A stretch of DNA of 54,624 bases, from the NCBI GenBank assembly GCA_002721465.1, contig PBKO01000011.1:6332-60955 (forward strand). The letters are read 5' to 3'. How positions within the stretch are numbered: position 1 is the stretch's first letter; every line of letters begins with the position of its first letter. Positions 38,009-47,960 of the stretch are shown one piece after another. The notes beneath the pieces were generated by a model. That model did no database searches. It saw only the letters and a list, made by a program, of their open reading frames with translations, and was not told the DNA's origin. Both the position numbers and the translations under genes were made by a program. The stretch comes from Gammaproteobacteria bacterium (GTDB lineage: Bacteria > Pseudomonadota > Gammaproteobacteria > Magnimaribacterales > D2472).

Positions 38009-38674
38009 TTAAAAGTTAAATCCTAGCTTTTTTAATTTATTATTTGAAATGTTACGTTCCTTGTTTAAGTTTAATTTATCTTCACAACAATTAAATATTT
38101 CAGAAGATTTAAATTTAAAATCATTCTCAACAAAGAACTTGATAATTTTTGCAGCATTATTTCGACTAAGAGAGTTTTTATAATTGTGTGGTTTATTTTG
38201 ATCATATAACCCAGCAAACCTTAAAATGATTAACTTATCTTGATAATAATTTAATTGCTTTTTTTCATAATCTTGAATGATTTCAGTTCTAAAGCCATTC
38301 TGAATCAAAATATCATCTTCTGAGACTATTTCTTTTTTTGAAGGTCCATAAACTCTTGTGGATGATATTGAAATAAACTTTTGATATGAAATTGTTTTTA
38401 TAAGATTATTTATATTATTTGAAGATTTTAAAAAGCCATCTTTATAATCATTTTCGTTAATGGAATTAGGCTTTGGAAAAAAAATGATAGAATCGAATGT
38501 ATCTGGATCTAGGCTAAAAGAATTATCCGACAGCCAGTCCCAGCAAATGTGACAATCTAAATTTTTTTTATTATTTCTTGATATCCCAATAACCTTGTAT
38601 TTTGATAAATCAAGTATTTCAGAAAGTCTCGAAGCAACTTCTCCATAACCAATTATTAAAATATTCTTTTTCAT
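38009..38674 (-). CDS. Shortened NAD(P)-binding atypical SDR/epimerase-like protein (YeeZ-like)
   Basis: ILIIGYGEVA Rossmann start, ISSTRVYG, LRFAGLY, ISNNKLKKLGF. Confidence 0.7.
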   Translation of the reverse strand: MKKNILIIGYGEVASRLSEILDLSKYKVIGISRNNKKNLDCHICWDWLSDNSFSLDPDTFDSIIFFPKPNSINENDYKDGFLKSSNNINNLIKTISYQKFISISSTRVYGPSKKEIVSEDDILIQNGFRTEIIQDYEKKQLNYYQDKLIILRFAGLYDQNKPHNYKNSLSRNNAAKIIKFFVENDFKFKSSEIFNCCEDKLNLNKERNISNNKLKKLGFNF

Positions 38675-38687
38675 TGACCAATTTAAT

Positions 38688-38724
38688 AAATATATCTAAA
38701 AGATTTTAAATCTGAGATATATTT
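38688..38724. other. AT-rich inverted repeat downstream of hppA (possible terminator or operator)
   Basis: AAATATATCT (38688-97) / AGATATATTT (38715-24) with inner AGATTT / AAATCT. Confidence 0.35.
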
Positions 38725-38732
38725 TTAATTAT

Positions 38733-40751
38733 TTAAGTGCTTAATAATGGTGCTATAACCAGACTTACAATTGCCATAACATTTATTAATATATTCATTG
38801 CAGGGCCTGAGGTGTCTTTAAAAGGATCACCAACAGTATCGCCAACCACCGTAGCTGAATGTGTATCAGTTCCCTTGCCTCCATAGTTACCTTTCTCTAC
38901 AAATTTCTTTGCGTTATCCCATGCTCCACCTGCATTAGCCATCATTAAAGCCATCAACACACAGCCTAATAAGGCACCTGCAAGCATCCCACCAAGATGA
39001 ACTGGTCCTAGAATAAAACCTACTAACATTGGCGACAAAATTGCTATTGCTCCTGGAAGAAGCATTTTGTTTAATGCTGCCTTTGTAGCTATATCAACAC
39101 ACTTTGCGTTATCAGGCTCTGCTGTACCCTCTAATAGACCAGGTATTTCTCTAAATTGTCTTCGAATTTCTTCTATCATTTCAAAGGCTGCATCGCCAAC
39201 AGCAGTCATAGTTATTGAAGATACTAAAAATGGAATTGATCCACCAATAAACATACCCATTAAAACTCTTGGATCATTTAACGAGAGATACTCAATTCCA
39301 GTAGCAAGCATATATGCAGCAATTATAGCGAGAGCTGCTAATGCAGCTGCACCAATTGCAAAACCTTTTCCTATTGCAGCAGTTGTATTACCTAATTCAT
39401 CTAAAGAATCAGTAATTTCTCTTACCTCTGGTTCCATACCACTCATTTCAGCAATTCCACCAGCATTGTCTGCTACAGGACCATAAGCATCAATTGCCAT
39501 AGTTATGCCAACAGTTGATAACATTCCAACAGCAGCTATACCTACTCCATATAAACCGGAAAAATTTGTTGAGAGTCCAATAATTGCAGCTATTACAAAT
39601 AAAGGCATTACAACTGATTGCATTCCAACACTTAGACCAGTAATCATTACTGTGGCAGGACCAGTTTCACCAGATTTTGCGATCTTTCCAACAGGAGAAT
39701 TCTCTGTCGATCCTCCAGTATAGTATTCAGTAATTAGGCCAATTAGGATTCCTCCAACAGCTCCAGTTAAAACAGAATAAAATACACTCATTTCTATATT
39801 TGGTGACATAGATATACTCATTCCGGCGATAATAAGAAATACTATTGGTGAAAAAAAAGTTCCTAATCTTAATGCAACAGATGGAGATCTTGATACTTGA
39901 GTTCTAACAATACCAATACCAATTAGAGAGCAAAATAAACCTAAGGCAGCAAGCCAAAGAGGCAAGAACATTAAATCAGTATTGCCAACTGATGCAGCTA
40001 TTGCTATGGAAGCTATCATTGCCCCACAATATGACTCAAAGATATCTGAACCCATTCCAGCAATATCTCCTACATTATCTCCAACATTATCAGCAATTAC
40101 ACCTGGATTTCTTGGATCATCTTCAGGAATACCAGCCTCAATCTTTCCAACAAGGTCTGCTCCTACGTCAGCGCTTTTAGTAAAAATTCCGCCACCAACC
40201 CTTGAAAATAATGCGACTGCAGATGCGCCAACTCCAAAACCTTCAAGAGCTTTTGCTATTTTGTCTGGGTCATCCATTACTCCTGAGAAATAAAAATATA
40301 ATCCACCTAATCCAACTAACCCCATTGAAGCAACACATAATCCCATTATTGATCCACCAAAAAATGAGATAGACAATGCCTGTTCAGCTCCAGAGTTTTC
40401 TGCAGCAGTAGCTGTCCTAACATTTGCTTGAGTCGCAGAATACATTCCGATAAAACCAGCAATAGCAGATGATAGTGCGCCAACAGCAATAGCTATTGCT
40501 GTAAACCACCCCAAAGGTGAAAAACCACATGCTATGACAAGAACTAAAACTACTGGGGCAAGTATTTTGTACTCGGTAAACATAAATACTTTTGCACCCA
40601 AATGTATCTGGTCACCAATTTTAACAACTGAATCTTTTCCTGCAGGATATTTCATTATCAAACCATACAGAATAAAAGCAAAAGCGAGCCCAACAAAACC
40701 AGTTACAAATGGCCCCCATGGAGTCATTGGACCTATAATAAAACTTTCCAT
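38733..40751 (-). CDS. hppA: Membrane pyrophosphatase, K+-dependent, probably Na+-translocating
   Basis: [55 protein letters not shown]. Confidence 0.96.
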   Translation of the reverse strand: MESFIIGPMTPWGPFVTGFVGLAFAFILYGLIMKYPAGKDSVVKIGDQIHLGAKVFMFTEYKILAPVVLVLVIACGFSPLGWFTAIAIAVGALSSAIAGFIGMYSATQANVRTATAAENSGAEQALSISFFGGSIMGLCVASMGLVGLGGLYFYFSGVMDDPDKIAKALEGFGVGASAVALFSRVGGGIFTKSADVGADLVGKIEAGIPEDDPRNPGVIADNVGDNVGDIAGMGSDIFESYCGAMIASIAIAASVGNTDLMFLPLWLAALGLFCSLIGIGIVRTQVSRSPSVALRLGTFFSPIVFLIIAGMSISMSPNIEMSVFYSVLTGAVGGILIGLITEYYTGGSTENSPVGKIAKSGETGPATVMITGLSVGMQSVVMPLFVIAAIIGLSTNFSGLYGVGIAAVGMLSTVGITMAIDAYGPVADNAGGIAEMSGMEPEVREITDSLDELGNTTAAIGKGFAIGAAALAALAIIAAYMLATGIEYLSLNDPRVLMGMFIGGSIPFLVSSITMTAVGDAAFEMIEEIRRQFREIPGLLEGTAEPDNAKCVDIATKAALNKMLLPGAIAILSPMLVGFILGPVHLGGMLAGALLGCVLMALMMANAGGAWDNAKKFVEKGNYGGKGTDTHSATVVGDTVGDPFKDTSGPAMNILINVMAIVSLVIAPLLST

Positions 40752-40762
40752 ACTATCCCCTA

Positions 40763-42016
40763 TTAACTATTAAAAATTTGTTTATCTAATTCCTCTTCAG
40801 ATGATGCAACTATACATGACACGGCTGCATCTCCGCAAACATTTACTGAGGTCCTTATCATATCCAAAATTCTATCTACGGCCAGAATTATCCCAATAGC
40901 TTCTAAAGGCAATCCAAATTGCTGAAGAATAATAATGAGAGTTATTGTCCCTGCAGATGGGACTGCAGCAGTACCAATCGAAGTAGCAACAGCCAAAATA
41001 ACAACTTGAACATATTCAACCAAAGTAAGCTCAATACCTGACATCTGAGCAATAAAAATTGTAGCCATACCTTGCATGATTGCCGTTCCATCCATATTAA
41101 TAGTTGCTCCAACTGGTACAACGAAAGATGCAACGTTTTTGTTCACACCAAGATTATTTTCAACAGTATTTAGTGTAACTGGAATTGTTGCTGCGCTTGA
41201 TGAAGTTGAAAATGCAAATATTGCAACATCTTTCATCTTCTTAAAAAAAGTTACTACGCTTAGATTAGTAAAAAACTTTAACATTAAAGAGTATGTTAAA
41301 AATGTATGTAAAATTAGTACTGAAATTAAAAGAATTACATACATAAATGCTTCTTGAAAAACATTCAATCCATCAGAAATTACAAATTTACCTATTAAAC
41401 AAAAAACTCCAATAGGCGCAAATGAAATAATCATAATGACCAGCTGCATAAATACAATATTTAATTTTTCAAATGCCTTGCTTATGTTGTCCGTAAGATG
41501 ATTAGTTTTATTCAAAGCTAATCCAAAAATAATGCTAAAAAATACTATCGCCAACATTTGATTATCAGCCATTGCTTGGATTATATTTGATGGAAATATT
41601 CCTAAAATAGTTTCGTAAGTTCCTTGGCCTTCAGGAAGAGAATCTGGAGAAACGCTAAGATCACTTGAATACCCTGATCCAGGCCTAAAAATAGAACCAA
41701 CCAACAAAGACAAGCTTACAGCTATTGTTGTTGTTGTAAGATAAAGGCCAATTGTTTTTAGAGTGATATTACCAAGACTTTTCAAAGATCCTAAAGATGA
41801 AATCCCAGTCACCAAAGAAAAGAATACCAGAGGAACGATCATAAGTTTCAGAAGATTAATAAAAATATCACCGCCAAGATTAAATAAATATGTCCCTATA
41901 AGAAAAGTAAGGTATTCTGGCAGTGGATCCAAATAAAATATAACTGCTCCAAACAGCAGCCCAAAAAACATACCCAAAAGAATATTCTTAGTTAAATTTT
42001 TTGGTGTTTCAATCAT
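40763..42016 (-). CDS. Dicarboxylate/amino acid:cation symporter (DAACS)
   Basis: [36 protein letters not shown]. Confidence 0.95.
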   Translation of the reverse strand: MIETPKNLTKNILLGMFFGLLFGAVIFYLDPLPEYLTFLIGTYLFNLGGDIFINLLKLMIVPLVFFSLVTGISSLGSLKSLGNITLKTIGLYLTTTTIAVSLSLLVGSIFRPGSGYSSDLSVSPDSLPEGQGTYETILGIFPSNIIQAMADNQMLAIVFFSIIFGLALNKTNHLTDNISKAFEKLNIVFMQLVIMIISFAPIGVFCLIGKFVISDGLNVFQEAFMYVILLISVLILHTFLTYSLMLKFFTNLSVVTFFKKMKDVAIFAFSTSSSAATIPVTLNTVENNLGVNKNVASFVVPVGATINMDGTAIMQGMATIFIAQMSGIELTLVEYVQVVILAVATSIGTAAVPSAGTITLIIILQQFGLPLEAIGIILAVDRILDMIRTSVNVCGDAAVSCIVASSEEELDKQIFNS

Positions 42017-42186
42017 GTAATCTCAATCATTTCAAAGTCTTCTTTACCAACTCCGCATTCCGGACATAACCAATCGTCTGGCACATCCTCCCATTTTGTT
42101 CCTGGTTCAATGCCATCATCTGGCCAACCTAACTCTTCGTCATAGATTAATCCACAAACTATGCATTCCCATTTTTTGTAATTCAT
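42013..42186 (-). CDS. rubA: Rubredoxin (57 aa)
   Basis: Below ORF-track cutoff. Manual translation: [57 protein letters not shown]; two CxxCG motifs; ATGA overlap with the DAACS gene. Confidence 0.96.
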   Translation of the reverse strand: MNYKKWECIVCGLIYDEELGWPDDGIEPGTKWEDVPDDWLCPECGVGKEDFEMIEIT

Positions 42187-42258
42187 AAAATATTAAAGAT
42201 AAGTTGTTTGGTATAAAAACATCGAAGATTATAATATCAGATTTATACTATTTAATTA

Positions 42259-42747
42259 ATGAAGCCTGAACAAATATCATCTTGGAAAAAATTTGAAGTA
42301 ATGAATAATGAACTTCAAAACGAAACAATTAGATCATGGTTACTTGAAGATGGACCAATCACTGAAAGGATAAAGTTAAAAAATAAATTCAACTTAAAGC
42401 TTCTTAAAGATGAAGTTTCAAATATTGATAGCTCTGACGAGGACTTTCTTGGAAATATTTCAGGATGTGTGAAAGTCAGGGAAGTTATTTTAATGGCAGA
42501 TAATGTTCCTAAAGTTTTTGCAAGGTCTTTAATTCCAGAAATTACGATCGAGCACGGATTGTCTAAACTCGGTTCTTTGGGGTCAACTCCTCTTGGAGAT
42601 ATTTTGTTTGAAAAAGAAATCTTTAAAAAAATTGAAGTTTTATTTTCTAAGTTTATAGTAAATAAAGAAATATTTTGGGGAAGAAAAACAAAATATAGTG
42701 TAAAGAATTTACCAATTTCTGTAATGGAAGTTTTCCTAGTTAATTAA
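42259..42747 (+). CDS. ubiC: Chorismate pyruvate-lyase
   Basis: WLLEDGPITERI, VREVIL, VFARSLIP, LG..PLG..LF, WGR, VMEVFL; upstream of ubiA. Confidence 0.92.
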   Translation: MKPEQISSWKKFEVMNNELQNETIRSWLLEDGPITERIKLKNKFNLKLLKDEVSNIDSSDEDFLGNISGCVKVREVILMADNVPKVFARSLIPEITIEHGLSKLGSLGSTPLGDILFEKEIFKKIEVLFSKFIVNKEIFWGRKTKYSVKNLPISVMEVFLVN

Positions 42748-42750
42748 ATT

Positions 42751-43599
42751 ATGTATCAAAATATAAGACCTTATGTTGAGCTCGCCAGACTTGATAAACC
42801 TATAGGCATTTATCTTTTATTATGGCCATCGCTTCTTGGCTTACTAATCTCTGGATTTAATTCAAATATAGGTTTTGAAGAATTCTTTATAGTCATAATT
42901 GGATCAATACTAGTTAGGTCTTGTGGGTGCGTAATTAATGACATAAGCGATTTTAAAATTGATAAATTAGTAAAAAGAACGGTCGGTAGGCCCCTAGCAA
43001 GTGGTGCTGTTACTCTTCAGTCTGCTTGGAGATTTTTTTTCTTGTTAAGTTTTCTATCTATATTGATTCTTTTGTTTACAAACCCTTTCACAATAAAAAT
43101 GTCTATGTTTTTTGCTCTTCTTATTGTGTTGTATCCTTTGACTAAAAGATTTTTTGTTGCTCCTCAAATAATTCTAGGAATTACATTTGGCTCAGGATCA
43201 ATTATTTCTTACTCTTTAGTTTCAGATACATTTACAGTATCTATTTTATTGTTATATGTTGGAATAATTGCATGGATAGTTAGCTTCGACACTATTTACG
43301 CTTTTCAGGATAAAGAAGATGATATAAAGATTGGTGTTAAATCTACAGCAATATTGTGGGGTACAAATTCAATAAAAATATGTCAATATCTTCAAATATT
43401 TTTTTATTTCATGTTGACTTTAGTTGCTTTGATAAATTCATTTTCTTTTTATTTTATCATTACATTGATCGTCTTAATTTTGTTGCTTGTTTTGCAAAAG
43501 AAATTGATAAATCAATGCAAGTTTTTAGAGGCCTTTAAAATAAATAATTTGATTGGCCTTGTTGCGGTAATAAGCTTTTATTTTGAAATTATTATTTAA
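42751..43599 (+). CDS. ubiA: 4-hydroxybenzoate polyprenyltransferase
   Basis: RLDKPIGIYLLLWP, GCVIND..D, RPLASG, DTIYAFQDKEDD. Confidence 0.95.
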   Translation: MYQNIRPYVELARLDKPIGIYLLLWPSLLGLLISGFNSNIGFEEFFIVIIGSILVRSCGCVINDISDFKIDKLVKRTVGRPLASGAVTLQSAWRFFFLLSFLSILILLFTNPFTIKMSMFFALLIVLYPLTKRFFVAPQIILGITFGSGSIISYSLVSDTFTVSILLLYVGIIAWIVSFDTIYAFQDKEDDIKIGVKSTAILWGTNSIKICQYLQIFFYFMLTLVALINSFSFYFIITLIVLILLLVLQKKLINQCKFLEAFKINNLIGLVAVISFYFEIII

Positions 43600-43605
43600 T
43601 TCATA

Positions 43606-44739
43606 ATGGAAAACCTAAAATTCATTCAAAAAATTTCATCATTGAAAGAGTTGGATTATCAAAAATTAATCAAAAATGACGATAATCCTTTTATACAGTA
43701 TTCTTTTTTAGATTCTTTGGAAAATTCAGAAAGCGTATCTATTAAAAATGGCTGGCAACCCAATCATTTAATATCTTTTAATAAAACCTTAAAGGGTTTT
43801 ATGCCTTTATATATTAAAAATAATAGCCAAGGAGAGTTTGTTTTCGATCATTCTTGGTCATATGCTTTATCTAGAGCAGGAAGGGAGTATTATCCTAAAC
43901 TTTTGACTGCTGTACCCTTTACACCATGTGAAACAAAAAAGTTTTTACAAAAAGAATTTTCATTAGACTTTATTGATAAAACTAAATCTTTTATGGATGA
44001 CAAGGATATCGAGACTTGGCATATACTTTTTCCTGATAAAGATCTTGGAAATAAGTTGAAAGAAAATGACTTTATTGAACGTTACGGATATAAATTTATT
44101 TGGCAAAATAAAAACTATAGCTGTTTTGACGACTATCTTAATGTTTTCAAGTCAAGACAAAGAAAAAATATCAAATCTGAAAGAAAAAAAATAAAAGATC
44201 TTGGAATAACTTTTGAGATAAAAGACCTCGACAATATTACAAAGGAGGATTGGGAAATTTTCTATGATTTTTATAAAAGTACATATCATCAACGAATGCA
44301 AATGCCTTATTTAAATAAGAAATTTTTTGAAGGCGTTCATAAAAATAAGTCAATTTTGAAGCCTGTAATTTTTTTTGCTGTTCATAAAAATAAAAAAATA
44401 GCTGGATCTTTGTGTTTCAAAAGTAAGAAAACTTTATATGGCAGGCATTGGGGCTCTAGTTACAATATTGACTCACTTCATTTTGAATGTTGTTATTATC
44501 AAGGGATAGAATATTGTATAAAAAATAAAATTGACACTTTTGATCCTGGTGTACAGGGCGAGCATAAAATACGAAGAGGTTTCGAGCCACAAAAATCAAG
44601 TTCTTATCATTACATACATAAAGAAGATCTTAGAGGTGCAATTTTAGATTTCTGCAACAAAGAAGAGAAGGAAATTAACAGATATATAGAAGCTTGCAAC
44701 AGATATACTCCATTTAAAAAAGAATATAAAATTAAATGA
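43606..44739 (+). CDS. GNAT-fold FemAB-like protein (DUF482)
   Basis: SQGEFVFDHSW, YYPKL..AVPFTP, LYGRHWG, LHFECCYYQGI, QGEHKIRRGF. Confidence 0.92.
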   Translation: MENLKFIQKISSLKELDYQKLIKNDDNPFIQYSFLDSLENSESVSIKNGWQPNHLISFNKTLKGFMPLYIKNNSQGEFVFDHSWSYALSRAGREYYPKLLTAVPFTPCETKKFLQKEFSLDFIDKTKSFMDDKDIETWHILFPDKDLGNKLKENDFIERYGYKFIWQNKNYSCFDDYLNVFKSRQRKNIKSERKKIKDLGITFEIKDLDNITKEDWEIFYDFYKSTYHQRMQMPYLNKKFFEGVHKNKSILKPVIFFAVHKNKKIAGSLCFKSKKTLYGRHWGSSYNIDSLHFECCYYQGIEYCIKNKIDTFDPGVQGEHKIRRGFEPQKSSSYHYIHKEDLRGAILDFCNKEEKEINRYIEACNRYTPFKKEYKIK

Positions 44740-45164
44740 TGCTAAAAAACTTACCTAAGACAAGTCATCAATTATCAATATGTGAAGCAAATTTTCTGCG
44801 TTTAAAAAAAATCTTAATAAACTTTGATAATGATAATTATGAGTATGAAACTGTAAATAATGACTTAAGCCACAATAAAGTAATTTTTAAGATATTACAA
44901 AAATCTAAACATACTTTAATAATTGAGGCTAAGCAGATTTCATCTAAAATGAAAGGTATCAATAATTTTACTTTGCGTTTTCAGGTTTGTCTTGATGCAA
45001 AGCTTGCAGAGGTTATTTCTTATCAAGGAGAAAAACCAATACCATTCTTTCTAAAAAATTCTTTTATTCAATCTAAAGATGAAAAAATACAACAAAATAG
45101 ATTTCTAACTGAGTGGCTGGAATCTATTTTAGCCTCAGGAATTGATACTAGTTTGAAAATATAA
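44736..45164 (+). CDS. DUF1249 (YqiB-like) protein
   Basis: CEANFLRL, DAKLAEV, DEK.QQNRFL.EWL. Confidence 0.85.
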   Translation: MMLKNLPKTSHQLSICEANFLRLKKILINFDNDNYEYETVNNDLSHNKVIFKILQKSKHTLIIEAKQISSKMKGINNFTLRFQVCLDAKLAEVISYQGEKPIPFFLKNSFIQSKDEKIQQNRFLTEWLESILASGIDTSLKI

Positions 45165-45165
45165 A

Positions 45166-45741
45166 TTGAAAGCCATAATTTTATATTTTCATGGATTCGC
45201 CTCATCTTCAAAGTCAGATAAAGTTAAAATACTAAAAAAATTCTTTTCTAATGAAATTACAAATGCAAAAATTATTGCTCCTGATCTAAGTAATAACTTT
45301 TCAGAAACAATCTCTCAAATTGAGATGTTAATTGAGAGATATAGTAAGTTTGAAATTTGTATGATGGGAAGTTCTCTGGGTGGATATTACGCGTCATACT
45401 TTGCAACCAAGCTTAAGGCCAAGGCTGTTCTAATTAATCCAGCAATCTATCCTCTTGTAGGTTTTGATATTTACTTAGGAAAAAACAAAAATTTTTCTAC
45501 AGGTGAGGAGTTCTATATTACTGATGAAGATATAAAATATTTAAGAACAATATCTTATAAAAAATATAAAAATCAAAGAAATACCCTAATCCTATTAGAG
45601 TCAAACGATGAAGTGTTAAGTTATAAAAATACATGTTCATATTATTATGGATCTAACATTGATATTACATTTGGTGGAGACCATTCATATATATCACTTA
45701 GTAAAAAACTGAATAAAATAAGAAATTTTCTTAATATTTAA
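45166..45741 (+). CDS. yqiA: YqiA/YcfP family alpha/beta hydrolase (esterase)
   Basis: LYFHGFASS, GSSLGGYYA, LINPA, DEVL, GGDHS; TTG start. Confidence 0.88.
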   Translation: MKAIILYFHGFASSSKSDKVKILKKFFSNEITNAKIIAPDLSNNFSETISQIEMLIERYSKFEICMMGSSLGGYYASYFATKLKAKAVLINPAIYPLVGFDIYLGKNKNFSTGEEFYITDEDIKYLRTISYKKYKNQRNTLILLESNDEVLSYKNTCSYYYGSNIDITFGGDHSYISLSKKLNKIRNFLNI

Positions 45742-45775
45742 TAAATGTAATTAAATTGAGCAAAAAACTTTATTT

Positions 45776-45792
45776 CGCACAGAAAAAATGCA
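45776..45792 (+). promoter_or_regulatory. Putative NtrC binding site upstream of glutamine synthetase
   Basis: CGCAC-AGAAAAA-ATGCA matches TGCAC-N7-GTGCA at 8/10; a second half-site GTGCG at 45810-14. Confidence 0.55.
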
Positions 45793-45864
45793 TAATAATA
45801 TCAATATTAGTGCGATTTAATTAAATAAAGCATTTTTAACATTTTTTAACACGAGGAGAATTTA

Positions 45865-46833
45865 ATGAAAACTTACGAATATATTTGGCTCGATGGATAC
45901 AAGCCTGAGCCATCAATGAGAAGCAAAGTCAAAGCTACCAAGGATGAAAGTCCGCCTGATTGGTCATTTGATGGATCTTCAACAGAACAAGCAGAAGGCG
46001 GTAGTTCAGATTGCTTACTTTTACCCGTTCAAACATACGAAAATCCAAATGGTCATGATCTTGTTATGACACAAGTTCAAGCTGCTGACCATACAACTCA
46101 TCCATCAAACTTTAGAGCTGCAGCAGCAGAAGTCGTCACTGACGAATGGTGGTTTGGATTTGAGCAAGAATACTTTTTTACAGATCCTGAAACAGGTGAA
46201 CCACTAGGTTGGGAAAATGGTGAGCCAGTACCTCAAGGTCCATATTATTGTGCAGTTGGTGCTGGAAATGTTTCTGGAAGAGAAATCTCCGATGCTCATC
46301 TTTTAGCTTGCTTAGATCTTGGAATTGAATTAACTGGAACTAATGCTGAAGTTGCAATAGGTCAATGGGAATATCAGTGTTTCGGTAAAGGCATTAAGGC
46401 TGCTGATGATTTATGGGTAAGTCGCTATATGCTATATAAGATTGCTGAAGAATTTGGTGTTGGTGTAAACATACATCCTAAACCAAAAACTGGTGATTGG
46501 AATGGTTCTGGAATGCATACTAACTTTTCAAACGAAGCCATGAGGTCTGCAGGAAGCGAAGAACTTTTTAACTCAATGTGTGATAAGTTAGGTGAAGTAC
46601 ATGCAGATGGTATATCTGTATACGGATCTGATAACGATATGAGGTTAACTGGTCTTCATGAAACACAAAGTATTGATACTTTCTCTTATGGAGTTAGTGA
46701 CAGAGGTGCTAGTATAAGAATACCTGTATACACAGTTGAGCATGATTGGAATGGTTATCTTGAAGATAGAAGACCTGCTTCAAATGCAGACCCTTACAAA
46801 ATTCTTGCACATATTGTAGGCACACTTACGTAA
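45865..46833 (+). CDS. glnII: Glutamine synthetase type II (GlnII/eukaryote-like)
   Basis: 322 aa; EYIWLDG, WSFDGSST, WFGFEQEY, QGPYYC, NAEV..GQWE, GDWNGSGMHTNFS, RLTGLHET, EDRRPASN.DPY; GAGGAG RBS. Confidence 0.93.
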   Translation: MKTYEYIWLDGYKPEPSMRSKVKATKDESPPDWSFDGSSTEQAEGGSSDCLLLPVQTYENPNGHDLVMTQVQAADHTTHPSNFRAAAAEVVTDEWWFGFEQEYFFTDPETGEPLGWENGEPVPQGPYYCAVGAGNVSGREISDAHLLACLDLGIELTGTNAEVAIGQWEYQCFGKGIKAADDLWVSRYMLYKIAEEFGVGVNIHPKPKTGDWNGSGMHTNFSNEAMRSAGSEELFNSMCDKLGEVHADGISVYGSDNDMRLTGLHETQSIDTFSYGVSDRGASIRIPVYTVEHDWNGYLEDRRPASNADPYKILAHIVGTLT

Positions 46834-46847
46834 TTGTCTTAATGATT

Positions 46848-46875
46848 TTACTGCCTTATTAATATTGGGCTGTAA
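46848..46875 (+). terminator. Imperfect hairpin between GS and ntrB
   Basis: TTAC-T-GCCT...GGGC-T-GTAA stem; no U-tract, so terminator function is uncertain. Confidence 0.3.
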
Positions 46876-46880
46876 TAATT

Positions 46881-47960
46881 ATGAATTTAGATAATACAGA
46901 CTTATCATTTTTGAATCAGCTGGCTACTGAGATTATTATTCTTGATAAAAATTTTAATGTTATTTGGCTAAATGACTCAGCTCTTAATAAGGGCTGGGTC
47001 ATGATCAAAAATAAAAAAAATATTATTACAGATCAACTTTCAGCTAAGACTAATTCAACTTTAATCGGGCTATTAAAAAAAACTGTCGAAACATATGGGT
47101 CTAAAACTAAAAGAGATTTTGAAATTATATCTTCAGATGATTCCAAAAGAATAATTGATCTTACAATTAAGTGGAGCAGAGAATATAAGTCATTGATTCT
47201 TGAAATCCTATGTGTAGATAATCTAAATAAAATAATAGACTCTACTAAAACTTTTTCTACACAAAAAATTGCTGCTAATCTTGCGAGAACGTTAGCTCAT
47301 GAAGTAAAAAATCCATTATCAGGAATTAGAGGCAGCGCACAAATCTTAGATAAGAAACTTGATGACAAATTTTCTTCAAAATTCTTAAAAATTATTATTG
47401 ATGAAACAGACAGATTAAATCAAATTGTCACTAAAATTCTTACGCCTCCTACTAAGCCTAATTTAAATTTCTTTAATATTCATTCAGCACTTGAAAAAGT
47501 ATTTGCACTTGCAAAAGCTGATAAAAATCAAGAGATTGAAATAATAAGAGATTATGATCCAAGTATTCCTGAGATTAATGGAGATGAAAATATTTTTGTT
47601 CAAGCTATTTTAAACATAGTAATGAATGCTCAACAAGCTTTGAAAAGTTCTGAAAATCCCTGTATGATAATTAGATCAAGGGTAAGGTACAGTCAGCCAG
47701 TCAATGGCATTATCCATCAAACAGTATGTGGAATAGAAATTGAAGACAACGGTCCAGGAATACCAAAAGATATTCATGATCAGGTTTTTTTTCCAATGGT
47801 ATCTTTAAAAGAAACTGGATCAGGTCTTGGTCTTACAATTGCACAGGATATTATTCGAATTCATGGTGGAGGGATAACTTTTAAATCTGAGCCTGGTAAA
47901 ACGTCTTTTTCAATTAATATCCCACTTAGAATTAAGAATGAGGAGTCAAAAATTGCATAA
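46881..47960 (+). CDS. ntrB: Nitrogen regulation sensor kinase NtrB
   Basis: PAS-like N-terminus, LAHEVKNPLSGIRG, RDYDPSIP, NIVMNA, DNGPGI, GSGLGL. Confidence 0.93.
   Translation: MNLDNTDLSFLNQLATEIIILDKNFNVIWLNDSALNKGWVMIKNKKNIITDQLSAKTNSTLIGLLKKTVETYGSKTKRDFEIISSDDSKRIIDLTIKWSREYKSLILEILCVDNLNKIIDSTKTFSTQKIAANLARTLAHEVKNPLSGIRGSAQILDKKLDDKFSSKFLKIIIDETDRLNQIVTKILTPPTKPNLNFFNIHSALEKVFALAKADKNQEIEIIRDYDPSIPEINGDENIFVQAILNIVMNAQQALKSSENPCMIIRSRVRYSQPVNGIIHQTVCGIEIEDNGPGIPKDIHDQVFFPMVSLKETGSGLGLTIAQDIIRIHGGGITFKSEPGKTSFSINIPLRIKNEESKIA

Noticed and set aside
39067-41357. Cluster of plus-strand ORFs (139, 72, 103, 62, 79, 93 aa)
   Set aside because: Antisense to hppA/DAACS; stop-poor because of Ala/Gly/Ile-rich sense codons
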